63,588 nucleotides of DNA, filler included, from Octopus bimaculoides (GCF_001194135.2; 5 parts of 3 records of this genome joined end to end with filler, not necessarily neighbours in it), one strand, 5' to 3'; counted from the whole stretch's first letter, positions 39,137-51,211 are shown. Notes: generated by a model not told the origin, from the sequence alone. Numbers and translations are program-made.

Positions 39137-39182
39137 TCCTTCCTTCCTTCCTTCCTTCCTTCCTTCCTTCCTTCCTTCCTTC

Positions 39183-39229
<47 letters not shown>

Positions 39230-39402
39230 NNNNNNNNNNNNNNNNNNNNNNNNNNNNNNNNNNNNNNNNNNNNNNNNNNNNNNNNNNNNNNNNNNNNNNN
39301 NNNNNNNNNNNNNNNNNNNNNNNNNNNNNCTTTCTTTCTTTCTTCCTTCCTTCCTTCCTTCCTTCCTTCCTTCCTTCCTTCCTTCCTTCCTTCCTTCCTT
39401 CC
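39137..39402. repeat. (TTCC)n/(TTTC)n compound microsatellite spanning a gap
   Basis: Direct reading. Confidence 0.95.
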
Positions 39403-39810
39403 TCTATTTACATTAAAATTTTAGCAGTTAATGTGTAATATTTTATTTTCATTCTAATTTATACATCATTAATGAGAAAACTTTGTTTCTCATCTTGTTT
39501 TTGTTGTTGATTAGCACCAAGTCAGAACAGTTTGAGCATATCCATGATCAAACAAATGTGTTTCAGTCAAAACCAATTTTTTTTTCTTTTTGCATTCTAA
39601 AACTACATTTACCCAACATGTATTCTTCAAAGGGTTTAAATTCAAGAGCTGCATACTGTAGCTTCACCTCAAATTCATCACCAAGCTTGAAGCACCTATG
39701 TCTACCTCTATCATCACCTTCCAATTAGTCAACAATGGCAGCCATCTTGGCAGAAACAAAGAACTGCATTGAATCTCCAGAATGCAGCTTTGGCATTTAA
39801 CCTTATGCAT

Positions 39811-40175
39811 TTATTCTTTTCAGTCATTTGGTTGTGGCCATGCTGGAGCACTGCCTTTAGTCGAGCAAATCGACCTCAGGACTTATTCTTTGTAAGCCTA
39901 GTACTCATTCTATCAGTCTCTTTTGCCAAACCACTTAGTTATGGGGACATAAGCATACCAGCATTGGTTGTCAAGTGATGTTGGGTGGGACAAGCACACA
40001 CATATATATATATATATATGACGGGCTTCTTTCAGTTTCTGTCTACCAAATCCACTCACAAGGCTTTGGTTGGCCTGAGGCTATAGTAGAAGACAGTTGC
40101 CCAAGATGCCACACCATGGGACTGACTCCAAAACCATGTGGTTGGTAAGCAAGCTACTTACCACACAGCCATTCT
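39811..40175 (-). mobile_element. SINE family B, near full length, inverted relative to 38166-38575
   Basis: Reverse complement of the family B tail through to the head (...GCTACTTACCACACAGCCATTC). Confidence 0.9.
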
Positions 40176-41234
40176 TGAACCTGAAAAATATAACATAATA
40201 TATATGCTTCCTTTTTCTTTTTCTTTTAAGATGGCAGGATGTGTTTTGAGGGAATTTGGTTGATATAGAACAGGAATGAGCATCCTTTTTCTTGAGAAGT
40301 GAGCCACATGAGACATGACTCACAATCAAACATAACTTTTCATTATGTATGCGCTGCGCAGAAAGTCCTGTGAGTTGCAAGTTGCCCACGACTGAGGCCC
40401 TCCCGTTGTTTTCTGTCTGAGTAAAGTTAGGTCAGACACAAAATTATTATTTCCAAGTAAATCTACTATGAAAAAAAAAGATAAATAATAAAATGATAGT
40501 AAAATATAGTGTGAATTTAAGAGAGTTGGAGCTGATGTCAGAGCTTTGGCTTAAGATGCAGATCAGTTGAAATAGCAATTGTCTACTTTGATAAGATGAT
40601 TATTTACATGGAGAAAACTATTTATACATTAATTTCTAGTGTAAACCTAATGTTCCTGCTTTGTGTGCTATCAAATTTTAGGAGTGTATTTCTATGGCCA
40701 TCTACTACACATGCACACACACACATACACATACACATGCGTGTGCACTGCTGTTAGATGTTTATTAGTGAAATTTGTTAAAAAGCCATGTATAGTACTG
40801 CTGAAATTGCCACATCTAGCCCAAGAATTAATACAATAATAACCAATTGTGAGAAGAAAAATAAAAATCAACTAAAAACAAAAACAAGGACAAAAACGAG
40901 TAGAGAATTTTCACATTTAATTTGTGATTTTCTGAAAAATAGCTGTGCTGACATTTTAGTGGACATTGCATAAAATTACTGCCTTCAACGGATCTGAAGG
41001 TTACTTTTCTCTCAAAGGCTGCCTCTTTCAAATATCAGCAACAACTATTGCTAAGTTGCTAGGCACAGCTACGTAGACACTGATTACCAGTCAATATGAA
41101 AACTATCTACGATGTTTTAACCGTGTAAGCTGGAAGCATTTATTATTATTAATATCACTCTTCTTCTTCTTCTTCTTCTTCTTATCATCATCATCATCAT
41201 GACCATCATTTTGTTACACTATTCTTCTTCATTG

Positions 41235-41906
41235 AGCTGGCAGTAATGTTAGCAACCCGGACAAAGATCCATACTGGCATTTTGTCCGTCTTTATGTTTT
41301 GCATTCAAATTCTGTTGTGGTCAACTTTGCCTTTCATCCTTTCAGGGTCGATAAAATAAGTACCAGTTATGTACTAGGGTCAATGTAATCAATTTATCTC
41401 CCTTACCCAAAGTTTAAGGCCTTGTGCTTACAATTGAAAGGGTTATTAATATTATTACTATTAAAGCTGTAAACTAGCAAAACCATCAGTGTGTTGGATA
41501 AAAATGCTTTGTGGTATTTCCCCTGGCTTTTGCATTCTGAGTTCAAATCCTGCTTAGGTCTATTTGCCTTTTATCCTTTCAGGGTCAGTAAAATAAGTAC
41601 CAGTTGAGAACTTGGGTTGATGTAATCGACTACCCTCTTCCTCTAAATTCCAGGCCTTGTGCTTATAGTAGAACGGATTATTATTATTAAAAAAAGCAGT
41701 GAACTGGCAGAATTGTTAGCACACCAGACTAAATATTTAGTGGTATTTTGTCCCTCTTTATGTCCTGAGTTCAAAAGCTGCCGAGGGCGACTTTGCTTTT
41801 TATCCTTTCAGGGCTGATGAAGTAAGTACCAGTGAAACACTGGGGTCAATGTAATTGACTAGCCCACTTCCCCAAAATTTCAGGCCATGTACCTATAGTA
41901 GAAACG

Positions 41907-41942
<36 letters not shown>
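41235..41942 (+). mobile_element. Three head-to-tail SINE family A copies with (ATT)n tails
   Basis: Heads at about 41235, 41470 and 41695. Each ends in GGCC.TGT.C.TA.A.T.GAAA.GG.TTATT. Confidence 0.85.
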
Positions 41943-41944
<2 letters not shown>

Positions 41945-42782
41945 GTTTCTCTATTCTTCTTCTTCTTCATTATTATTATTATTATTAGTATTAGTATTAT
42001 TGTTATTATTATTCTTTCAACTGTTCACATTCTGTGTTCAAATTAAACATGGAAAAATTTTTTTCCATGTTTAATTTAAATATATGTTGTGATTGAATTA
42101 TTTGATATTACCCATCCACACCAAATTAATGGCAGGGAATTTTACCATGTTGTTGGTTGCACCATGGCTCACCAAAAGTTACAAACAAGACTCCAAAACC
42201 ATCATTACAAGGCTCACCTTAAGTAACCTAATTTTGCACAAGAATGCATTCAACGAAAAAAAAATTTCCAATGATTCTGGGACTTGGCACCTAATCTTTT
42301 CGGGACCAAATAAGGGATTTGCAGCATATTAGGAGGTCAGGTTACTTGATTCTATACAAAAAATTAAATTTTTTTTTTTTTTTTTTCCTTAGTGAAAATT
42401 GTGCAGGTGTTAATATAGAAATTTACCATAATGTGTTGTTATTTAGTCTCAGATCAATCCTGATACTGCAAACTGATCATCAAAGACATTCCAGCCTTCA
42501 GCAAACCGTCTTTTTAGGGATAATCTAGGACATTACATATAATGGGTGTGTGATTTAGGTAGGGGGATACTTTAGCTGCTATTTTTAGCATGTCGAGCGA
42601 CCAGGTAGAGGCTCTTTCATTGGTTTGATTGCATGATGAAATTTGTTTACACATATATGTAATATGTTTATATATCATCAGCAGAAGTTAGAGAGTAAGT
42701 CAAAAGCTGAAAGTTTCGTGTGTTGGCACTTGTCAAACATGAATTTGTCCATTGTCACTCTGTAACTTCTGATGAAATAACT

Positions 42783-43165
42783 TCTAAAATACAAAATCTT
42801 GTCAAAAATTAAAACCTTGTTTTATGTGACACATTCTACCAGTATCGGAAATTTGAAAGTGTTTAGTTAAAAAAAATTAAATAATTTGTACGTCTAATTG
42901 AATAGATCCAAAATGGATGAAAGGCAAATTTGACCTCGGCAGAATTTGAACTCAGAATGTAAAGACAGACGAAATACCGTTTCTAAAACACAAAATTTTG
43001 TCAAAAACGTTAAGAGTAAAACCTGTTCTATGTAACACATTCTACCAGTATCGAAAGTTTGAAAGTGTTTAGTTAAAAAAAAATTAATTAAATAATCTGT
43101 ACGTCAAAGTTGACCTCAGTGAAATTTGAACTCAAAATGTCAAGACAGATGATACATCGTTAAGC
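42783..43165. repeat. Tandem duplication (period about 199 bp) of unique DNA plus an antisense SINE A fragment
   Basis: ACACATTCTACCAGTATCG.AA.TTTGAAAGTGTTTAGTTAAAAAAAA...TGTACGTC occurs twice, each time followed by TTGACCTC.G..GAA.TTTGAACTC. Confidence 0.85.
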
Positions 43166-43963
43166 ATATCTCCCTGCACTCTCTCTCTCTCTCTATATAT
43201 ATATATGTGTATGTGTGTGTGGGGAGAGAGAGACTATCACACTTTTTCTCTCCATATATATATATATATGTGTGGGTGTGTGTGTGTGCGTGAGTGTAAA
43301 AAGATGTGTGGTTTTCTTTCAATCTCTGATGAACAGTTCTATGGTTTAAACCATTTTAATTGTGACCATCATGCCTTTTTTGGAGGAGGTGGAATAGTCA
43401 TCATCATCGTTTAACGTCTGCTTTCCATGCTTGCATTACCCAGTATATACTTTTATTTTTGAAAGATGTTAGAGTGTTATATGAGGGAGATTTGATTGCT
43501 ATTTCTAACCAGTTGATTGCTCATTGACTGATACTCATCTATCTACCTACCTCTATGTGTGTGTGTAAGAGGGAGAAAGAGTGACAGAGAGGTATATGAC
43601 AAAAGGATATAGAGTTAAATTATATCATTATAGCTGCCGAACCTGTGACATGTAATTATCTGTGTAGTGACATGAATTTCTTCCCAGGCATCCGTTTTGT
43701 AGTTTAATGAAACATAGAAAGTTCTAACTCAATGCTTATATGTCATGTACTTTAAAAAGCACTCTATTCACACACACACATATATATATATGTTTCAATA
43801 GTATGGTAATTTATTCAAAAATTTCACATATATGTGAATATGTACGCACACACACAACACATATTTGCATTCATACACATTAATATGTTAATTTCATGTT
43901 AATTTTATAAAATACTTTGAATTTGATTTTTTTGTCATTTATTATATAAATTTAATTTTGTAG

Positions 43964-44145
43964 GAGTGGTGCTATCCATGTAGGTGACCAAATCTTATCC
44001 ATTGATGGCGCAAGCGTGGAACGTATGTCTCTGCCTGAAGCTAGTCAGCTTTTAAAGTCAGGTTCTGGGGACCAGGTGCGACTGGAAATCATTCCAATAA
44101 GCCATATTCAACAGCGAGCATCTAGGGAAGCAATTGCTCGAAAAG
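43964..44145 (+). CDS. GRIP1: GRIP-like multi-PDZ protein exon: C-terminal half of PDZ3
   Basis: Acceptor ttttgtag|, donor |gttggt; 182 nt, phase 2 to 1. (R)[44 protein letters not shown] aligns with recalled vertebrate GRIP1 RCGALHVGDHILSIDG...QVKLEILP. Confidence 0.9.
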
Positions 44146-44651
44146 GTTGGTTTCTGATTTTTCTTTGTTTTTTTTTTCTTATTGTTTTAAAATCAATTAT
44201 TTCCTTATTTTGTGACTTTCCTAAGCCTTCTGTTATAATTCCATTTACACCTTGGGTATTTGATATGAATATTAAATTGATCTTGAAAGGACAAAAGGCA
44301 AAGATGAACTCAGAATGTCAAAAGCTGTAATGGAATACCACAATTATTCTAATAACTTCTTTCCTCAAACTACTGCTTTCTGGAACTCACTCCTATCCAC
44401 TTGTTTGCCCCTAGACCATAATATTCCTCTGTCATGCAACATCTTTTGAGTTTGTAGGCCCCTTTTTTACCTTGTTGTCCCTTCTACAACTGTGACCACA
44501 AGCCTTGCTTGGGACAAAATCATAAAAATAAATATAAAAAAGTTCTTTCTTCACCTCTAACAATCCTACCAAAATTAAGATAGTGATGAGAAATCAGTAA
44601 TTTTATTTTTTACTTCAAATTAACTTGATGATTTTTTTAAATATTACTAGT

Positions 44652-44974
44652 TTTATTTTATTTATGCGCCCTTTTTAAAGCCTAGCGAAGCTCATGGGCC
44701 CAGTTTCCTGGTTTCTATGGCATATGTGTTTCCCCCTCCCCAGCTGGACGGGACGCCAGTCCATCGCAGCTTTACTCATGAAACAGGAAGAAAGAGTGAG
44801 AGAAAGTTGGGGCGAAAGAGTACAACAGGGGTCGCCATCACCCCCTGCCGGAGCCTCGTGGAGCTTTAGGTGTTTTCGCTCAATAAACACACACAACGCC
44901 CAGTCTGGGAACCGAAACTGCGATCCTCCGACCACGAATCCACTGCCCTAACCACTGGGCCATTGCGCCTCCAC
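44652..44974 (-). mobile_element. SINE family C copy with 12-bp TSD
   Basis: Reverse complement of 16527-16829; AATATTACTAGT at 44640-44651 and 44975-44986. Confidence 0.92.
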
Positions 44975-45419
44975 AATATTACTAGTATTTTAGTGAAAGT
45001 GTCTCTACAATGGTTGTGGAGGGGTTAATGTGATGGACTACTTAATCTCATATTGTGAGTTCAAATCATATCAATATCAGTTTTTTGTCAGACACATGAC
45101 ACATCCATTTTTCCTTGATAGCATGGTTGAAACAGTTCACTTCAACTGACAGTTTGATTTTACAGCTGGTTGCCTCTTTTTATCATTAACCACTCAGCTG
45201 TGAAGATGAAGTGAGATCTGTCTTTGTCAGATAAAAAAGAGTAAGCAAAAATTAAATACTTTGTTGAGGATCATGACATAATGACAACAGTTCTGAACAT
45301 TTAACCATGTTATCAGTTGTCTTACATCTTAATATAGCATCAGTTTATATCCATCAATCAATTAATCAACCAAAATTTCCCTCCCACCTCTCTCTCTCTC
45401 TCCCTCCCTTTCTCTCTGG

Positions 45420-45720
45420 TCTGAGCATCGAGTTCACAATCATGAGGTAGTGAGTTAGATTCCAGGACTGGGCTGTGTGTTGTGTTCTTGAGCAAGACAG
45501 TTCACTTAGCTTTAGAAATGAGTTGCAACTTCACTGGTACCAAGCTGTATCAACCTTTGCCTTTGGATAACATTGGTGGTATAGAAAGGGGAGGCTGGTA
45601 TGCTATGCATGGGCAACTGCTGGTCTTCCATAAACAACCTTGCCTGGACTTGTGTCTTGAAGGAAAACTTTCTAGGTGCATCACATGGTCATTCATGACT
45701 GATGGGCATTTTTACCCTTT
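45420..45720 (+). mobile_element. SINE family D-related copy, diverged
   Basis: GGTAGTGAGTTAGATTCCAGGACTGGGCTGTGTGTTGTGTTCTTGAGCAAGACA is shared with 48233 and 57763. Confidence 0.6.
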
Positions 45721-45725
45721 ATGTA

Positions 45726-45768
<43 letters not shown>

Positions 45769-46970
45769 TTTCAATAATAGGATAAAAATCTTTTACAAGA
45801 ATTTTATCAAGTAGCTAGCATGAAAAAACTTGTAAGGGAAAAATTCATCATTATCCCTAGAATATATTTATTTATATTTATATAAAGGCATTACTATAAA
45901 ATATATTATGGCAGCTTAGCATGAGGCATTATTCTATAGTAATGCCCTTACATATATATATATAGTTGAAATTTAAAGAAAACCAAAAGATGAAGGCATG
46001 TGTGTAAACAACAAGCAGGTGTACTAGTTTGATGCTCAGGAACGTGAGAAAGTCTTTTACGTTTGAAGCCTATTCTCTTCAACAGAAAGGAACACAAGGA
46101 AATAGAGAGAGAGAGAATAAGTCATAAGCATCATTTTCATTTGTGTCCACTTTTCCATGCTTGAATGGGTCACATGCAATTTGTTGAAGCAGGTTTTCTA
46201 TGACAGATGCTCTTCCTGTCAGCAACCCTCACCTGTTTACAAGCAACTTAATATTTCTCCAAGATCAGACTATATAGCACTTTGACAAATGTCTTCCACT
46301 ATAACCTCAGATTGACCAAGCTTTTTGAGTGGATTTGGTCAACGGAAACTGAGAGAATCCTGTTGTATGTGTATATGTGCATATGAGAATCTTTTCCTTG
46401 ATGTTCAGCAATAGTTGTAAATGAGTGTCACTGTCATATAAGCAGTGTCATTCATTTCCAATATTCTGTGAAAACATGTCTGGCTATGGGGAATGTAAAT
46501 TGGTTTCAAAAAATTTCATCTGACCCATGCAACCATAGAAATATGAATGCTAAAACGATGATTTTACTGTTATTTCTAGCAATTTGAGCTGCCACATATT
46601 TCCTATTTTATTCTTGCTGTTGTTGTTCTAGTATTCATTTTTGACTAAACTCCTTCACTTTTGATTGACGAAGTTAAAGTGTAGGATGAGCCAAAGAGAC
46701 ACTTGAGATGAACTGCAGTATATATATACATATTTTGCTGCTATTTCAGCATGTTGTGCAACCATATATAATCTAGCTTATTGGTTTGTATTTACTATGA
46801 GTAGGTGATAGCTGAGAGAAGGAGAGAGTCAGATGAAGGAAGTAGGGAGATAAGACTGTAGTAATTCAACAGATAAGTTACTGGAGGAGAGGTATGGAGG
46901 AATAGAAGACACAATGTTAACATAAAAACTTAGAGAAACTAGGAAATGTAGATATTTTAAATCTTTTATC

Positions 46971-47190
46971 TTGTTCTTGTTTAAGTCATTGGACTGCAGC
47001 CATGCTGGAGCACCACTTAGAATGGTTTAGTCACACAAATCAACCCCAGTATTTATCTTTTAAAGACTGATACTTATTTTATTGATCTGTTTTGCTAAAC
47101 TGCTCAGTCCAGGGATGTAAACAAACCAGCACCAATTGTCAAGTGATAGGTGGGGACAAACACAAATACACATGTGATGGGCTTCCACAC
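46971..47190 (-). mobile_element. SINE family B, 3' part
   Basis: TAAGTCATTGGACTGCAGCCATGCTGGAGCACCAC...GGGACAAACAC matches the reverse complement of family B. Confidence 0.72.
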
Positions 47191-47297
47191 ATGCAATGAA
47201 TACCTTAATTTCATAATTAACAAATTAATTTCATAATTAACAAATTTCTCCAATATGCTTATTAAAATATATCCATATGACTTCAATCTACTTGCAG

Positions 47298-47504
47298 CAT
47301 TAGTGCCTATTTGTATGCCATCTTCCGTATCAACGCCAACATTGGCACTTCCTAGCAGTCCATTTGGCACCCTTCACAATTACAGTACCATACGATCATC
47401 AGGGTCATGTGGGCGATCTTCTGGCACTTTGCCTTCTAGAATTTCCAACCAATCCAATTCACATCGTTCTTGGTCGAGACCAGACCGGAAGCAAGCATCA
47501 TGTA
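47298..47504 (+). CDS. GRIP1: GRIP-like exon: Ser/Pro-rich PDZ3-PDZ4 linker
   Basis: Acceptor cttgcag|, donor |gtaagt; 207 nt, phase 1 to 1. In frame with both neighbours (G+CA=Ala; A+TG=Met). Encodes LVPICMPSSVSTPTLALPSSPFGTLHNYSTIRSSGSCGRSSGTLPSR... Confidence 0.8.
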
Positions 47505-48232
47505 GTAAGTATATATATATTTTCTCTTATCCTTGTTGCTATTTAACCTCAATGTCAACTTTGGTTGATGAAAGGCATTCCAGCTGTGAACATCTCATCC
47601 CACTTTTTTTTTAAAGCGTATTGACTGTAGAATGTGATTTTAAGGGAGATTTTGCTACTGTTTCTAGCAGGTCATGTGACTGTATAGAGTATAATCATTG
47701 GCTTGTTTTATTTTTGTTCCACTCATACCTTTTACTGTTATATATATTGATCAGAGTCCCTTAAGTTCTAGTTAGGGTATTCTCCACACTAAAGCAGTCA
47801 CTTTCTGAGATTGGTGAAATCATTAAATATATTAGAGTATCATTACTTAATAAAACAGTGTGAGTGCTATTATAGTAGAGGTTGGATTTTGATGAGCTGA
47901 GTTTAAATCTTGGTTTTGATTCTCAATCAATTATTATTTCACTTTTCCTCTGTGACTAATGCCATTGAAAAAGGCATGAGCATTATTTTGTTAATATCTA
48001 TAAATCTAAGCTCGTTTATGTATGTAAGCAATTATTACATTTTGTAAAATCCCATCATGACTTCTTAAACAAGAGAAGGACATTATATGATATAGGTTTT
48101 ACATAGCTTTAGAAGATAGGATGGCCATGGATGAATTGCCTTTGATAATAGGTGTACTCAGTAAGTGCTGACTGAGGACTGAACAAATGAAGTAACATTG
48201 CTATGTTGCAAGTTGATATTCTTATCATTGTG

Positions 48233-48550
48233 AAGGTGCATGTCTTAGTGGTTAGGGGTGTTCGGATCACAATTATAAGGTCGTGAGTTCAATACAGCAT
48301 GTTATGTTCTTGAGCAAGACACTTTATTTCATATTGGACCAGTCCAATCAACTGGCAAAAATGAGTTGTACCTGTAATTCAAAGGGCCAGCTGTGTCACA
48401 TTCTGTGTCATGCTGAATTTCCCTGAGAATTACATTGAGAGTATGTGTGTCTGTGGAGTTCTCAGCCACTGGTATGTTAATTTCACAAGCAAGCTGTTCC
48501 GTTTATCGGATCAACTGGAACCTTCAATGTCATAATCGATAGAGTGTCAA
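48233..48550 (+). mobile_element. SINE family D copy
   Basis: GGTGCATGTCTTAGTGGTTAGGG head, GTGAGTTCAAT B-box-like motif, TTGAGCAAGACACTT, CAACTGGCAAAAATGAGT. Confidence 0.75.
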
Positions 48551-48864
48551 TGTTTTCTTGTTATTGAATAGACATATAACACATAGGTACTTGGATGAAC
48601 AATGTGACAGGACCCATAGGTTGTTGTCCTAGATGTATATTATATTTTTTTAATATGCTTCCATACATCAAACCTAAATGATTTAACCAGCATCTGAGCT
48701 GTGACCATTCCATCTTCTTCTCAAAGATATTATATTCAGGACTGATCTATCAAGTATATTCATATGTTATTTTATAAATACCTTGTGAGTGGAATGAATG
48801 AATTTGTTAGATATTTGTAAAATTTCTAGATGTTCTTGCTTAATTTTTAACACCTATTTTACAG

Positions 48865-49054
48865 TGTCAGTTGCATCAACTGTAACATCTGTGATGCCAA
48901 ACAACCAAATTTGTCATACAGAAGTCGTGGAAGTCATTCTATATCATGACCATCGAGGTCCAGGCATAACTCTCAGTGGTGGGATCTTCTCTACCACTGT
49001 ACTAACTGAGCCACCTGTCATTTCCTATGTGGAACCTGGTAGTGCTGCTGACAG
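48865..49054 (+). CDS. GRIP1: GRIP-like exon: end of linker plus N-terminal half of PDZ4
   Basis: Acceptor tattttacag|, donor |gtaaca; 190 nt, phase 1 to 2. MSVASTVTSVMPNNQICHTEVVEVILYHDHRGPGITLSGGIFSTTVLTEPPVISYVEPGSAADR matches recalled GRIP1 [52 protein letters not shown]. Confidence 0.92.
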
Positions 49055-50497
49055 GTAACAGTCTTTTGTTTTGTTTTTTCACTGCATTCTGGTGTCAATT
49101 AACTCTAAAGCAGACTGCATATCTGCTATACAAGTAGAGAGACACACACACACACGCACGCACGCACGCACGCAAACAAACAAAGAAAGAGAGAGATATA
49201 ATATTAATGTTTGGGCACTCTGGGTACTTTAAAGCATGGGTAAATTGCATAATTGCCCAGGAGTCCCTGAAGCCTAGGAATCTAAAGCCAATCTTTGTAT
49301 GCTGTAATTGTGTCTGTAGGAGCCGAAGTGCATTCTTTTGCCCAGGAGCCTATTAAACTGTTTCTATGTATCATACATAGACATACATACATACACACAT
49401 ACATATGACATACCTACACACACATACACATACATACATACATATATTAACTTTCATTATCTCTCTTTCCAGCACCACATACCAATGTAAAATGTGAGAC
49501 AGCCATGAATCTTCTCCACAATAAACTTATTCCTGAATCTACCATCATACTTCAATTTCTCAATATCTTGCATAAAACAAACACCTATCCTCTCCATCAG
49601 TCAAGTTGGCTTTTAGTCTTGTAAGGGACAAAGCAATCTCACAAGTGCTGGTGCAATGGGAAAAGCACCCAGTACTCTCTGTGAAATGGTTGGCATTAGG
49701 AAGGGCATCCAGCTATAAAAATCATGCTAAAACTGAAACACTGGGGCAAGAAGTTGTCCTATGGCTTGTTGGATCATGTCAGAACATTGAATCTATGCTA
49801 GCATGGAAAACAGATATAAAAAAATTATGGTGATATATATATGTATGCATGTGTATATTATAATATATATATCATCATCATCATCATATGTCCATTTTCC
49901 ATGCTGGCATGGGTTGGACAGTTTGACTGGGAAGTTGTGCTGGAAAGCTGGGGAGCTGCACCAGGTTTCAGTTTGATTTGGCATGGTTTCTACTGCTGGA
50001 TGCCCTTCCTAATGCCAAACACTCCAAGAGTGTAGTGAGTGCTTTTTACATGCCACATACATTATATATATATATATATATAAAAGATAATAAGAGTGAA
50101 AAAACTACAGAAGGCTTGTGTTACATGGTTAAAGTATATATTTAAATTATGTCAGAAAAATGTTATAAAATCTTTTTGGTATATAAACATTGTATTTGGA
50201 GAAATAACCGGTTTTGTGTTGTCTTTTCAAATTTCTCTACTTCATTGTAACATGTGTTCGCTCCAGTCTGACTGGAGTGAACACATGTTCTCACCTATAT
50301 ATATATGTTCTNNNNNNNNNNNNNNNNNNNNNNNNNNNNNNNNNNNNNNNNNNNNTTAATTAATTAANNNNNNNNNNNNNNNNNNNNNNNNNNNNNNNNN
50401 NNNNNNNNNNNCCGCTGAAAATGTTGACATAGGAATAAATTACAATAATAATGGATATTAGCGTCAAATCTCTCTATTAAATTTAAAACTTTGGATA

Positions 50498-50528
<31 letters not shown>

Positions 50529-50907
50529 TTCACAGCGTTCCACATACACATAATTTTTCACGTCTGGCCGTATAGCTTTTCCGTTTGTTTTCCTGTCTTG
50601 TCTTCTGTCCGCCACTACATTCCTACATGGTACAGTTTAATTTTTGTATACAAATTTAATTTGTGATCCATGGGAAGAGCCATTTTAACGATGCGTCCTG
50701 CCCTATTCTTCGAAACGCCTGTGTTAGAATGGGGGTAGCTGATGAAGGAAAATGTTCTCTATGTGGCCTGTGTGTGTGTTCTGTACTCTGGTTATTATTA
50801 TTTTTTGTCTACGTTTTGTTTGCAATGTCCTGTACCCAGATATGCACCTATATATACAGGTAGACGTAGGTATGCACATACCTGTACGTATACCTGTATG
50901 TATATAT

Positions 50908-51211
50908 CCTTTAAAACAAAGGTGAAATCGGACAAATAATATCCTCAAATTTATTTATATAATTTTTATTCACTTCAATCACCTTTTAAAATTTGCTGCG
51001 GCGTTAAAAACTCTTATCGCATACATTGGTTGAGATGAACAAACTCTACAACCCTGGGTTTAATAAAACTCGTTGAGGATGAACTAAGGATATTTCTCAA
51101 AGTTCGAAATCACGGTGATACGGGTATGTCTGAATTTTCGATTATTTTCGTTATTGATACGAGGTCTTAGAGTGTTTGTTCATATGCCCGATTTCACCTT
51201 TGTGTTAAAGG
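50908..51211. mobile_element. MITE-like element with 24-bp TIR
   Basis: CCTTTAAAACAAAGGTGAAATCGG versus CCGATTTCACCTTTGTGTTAAAGG (1 mismatch); no TSD seen. Confidence 0.65.
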
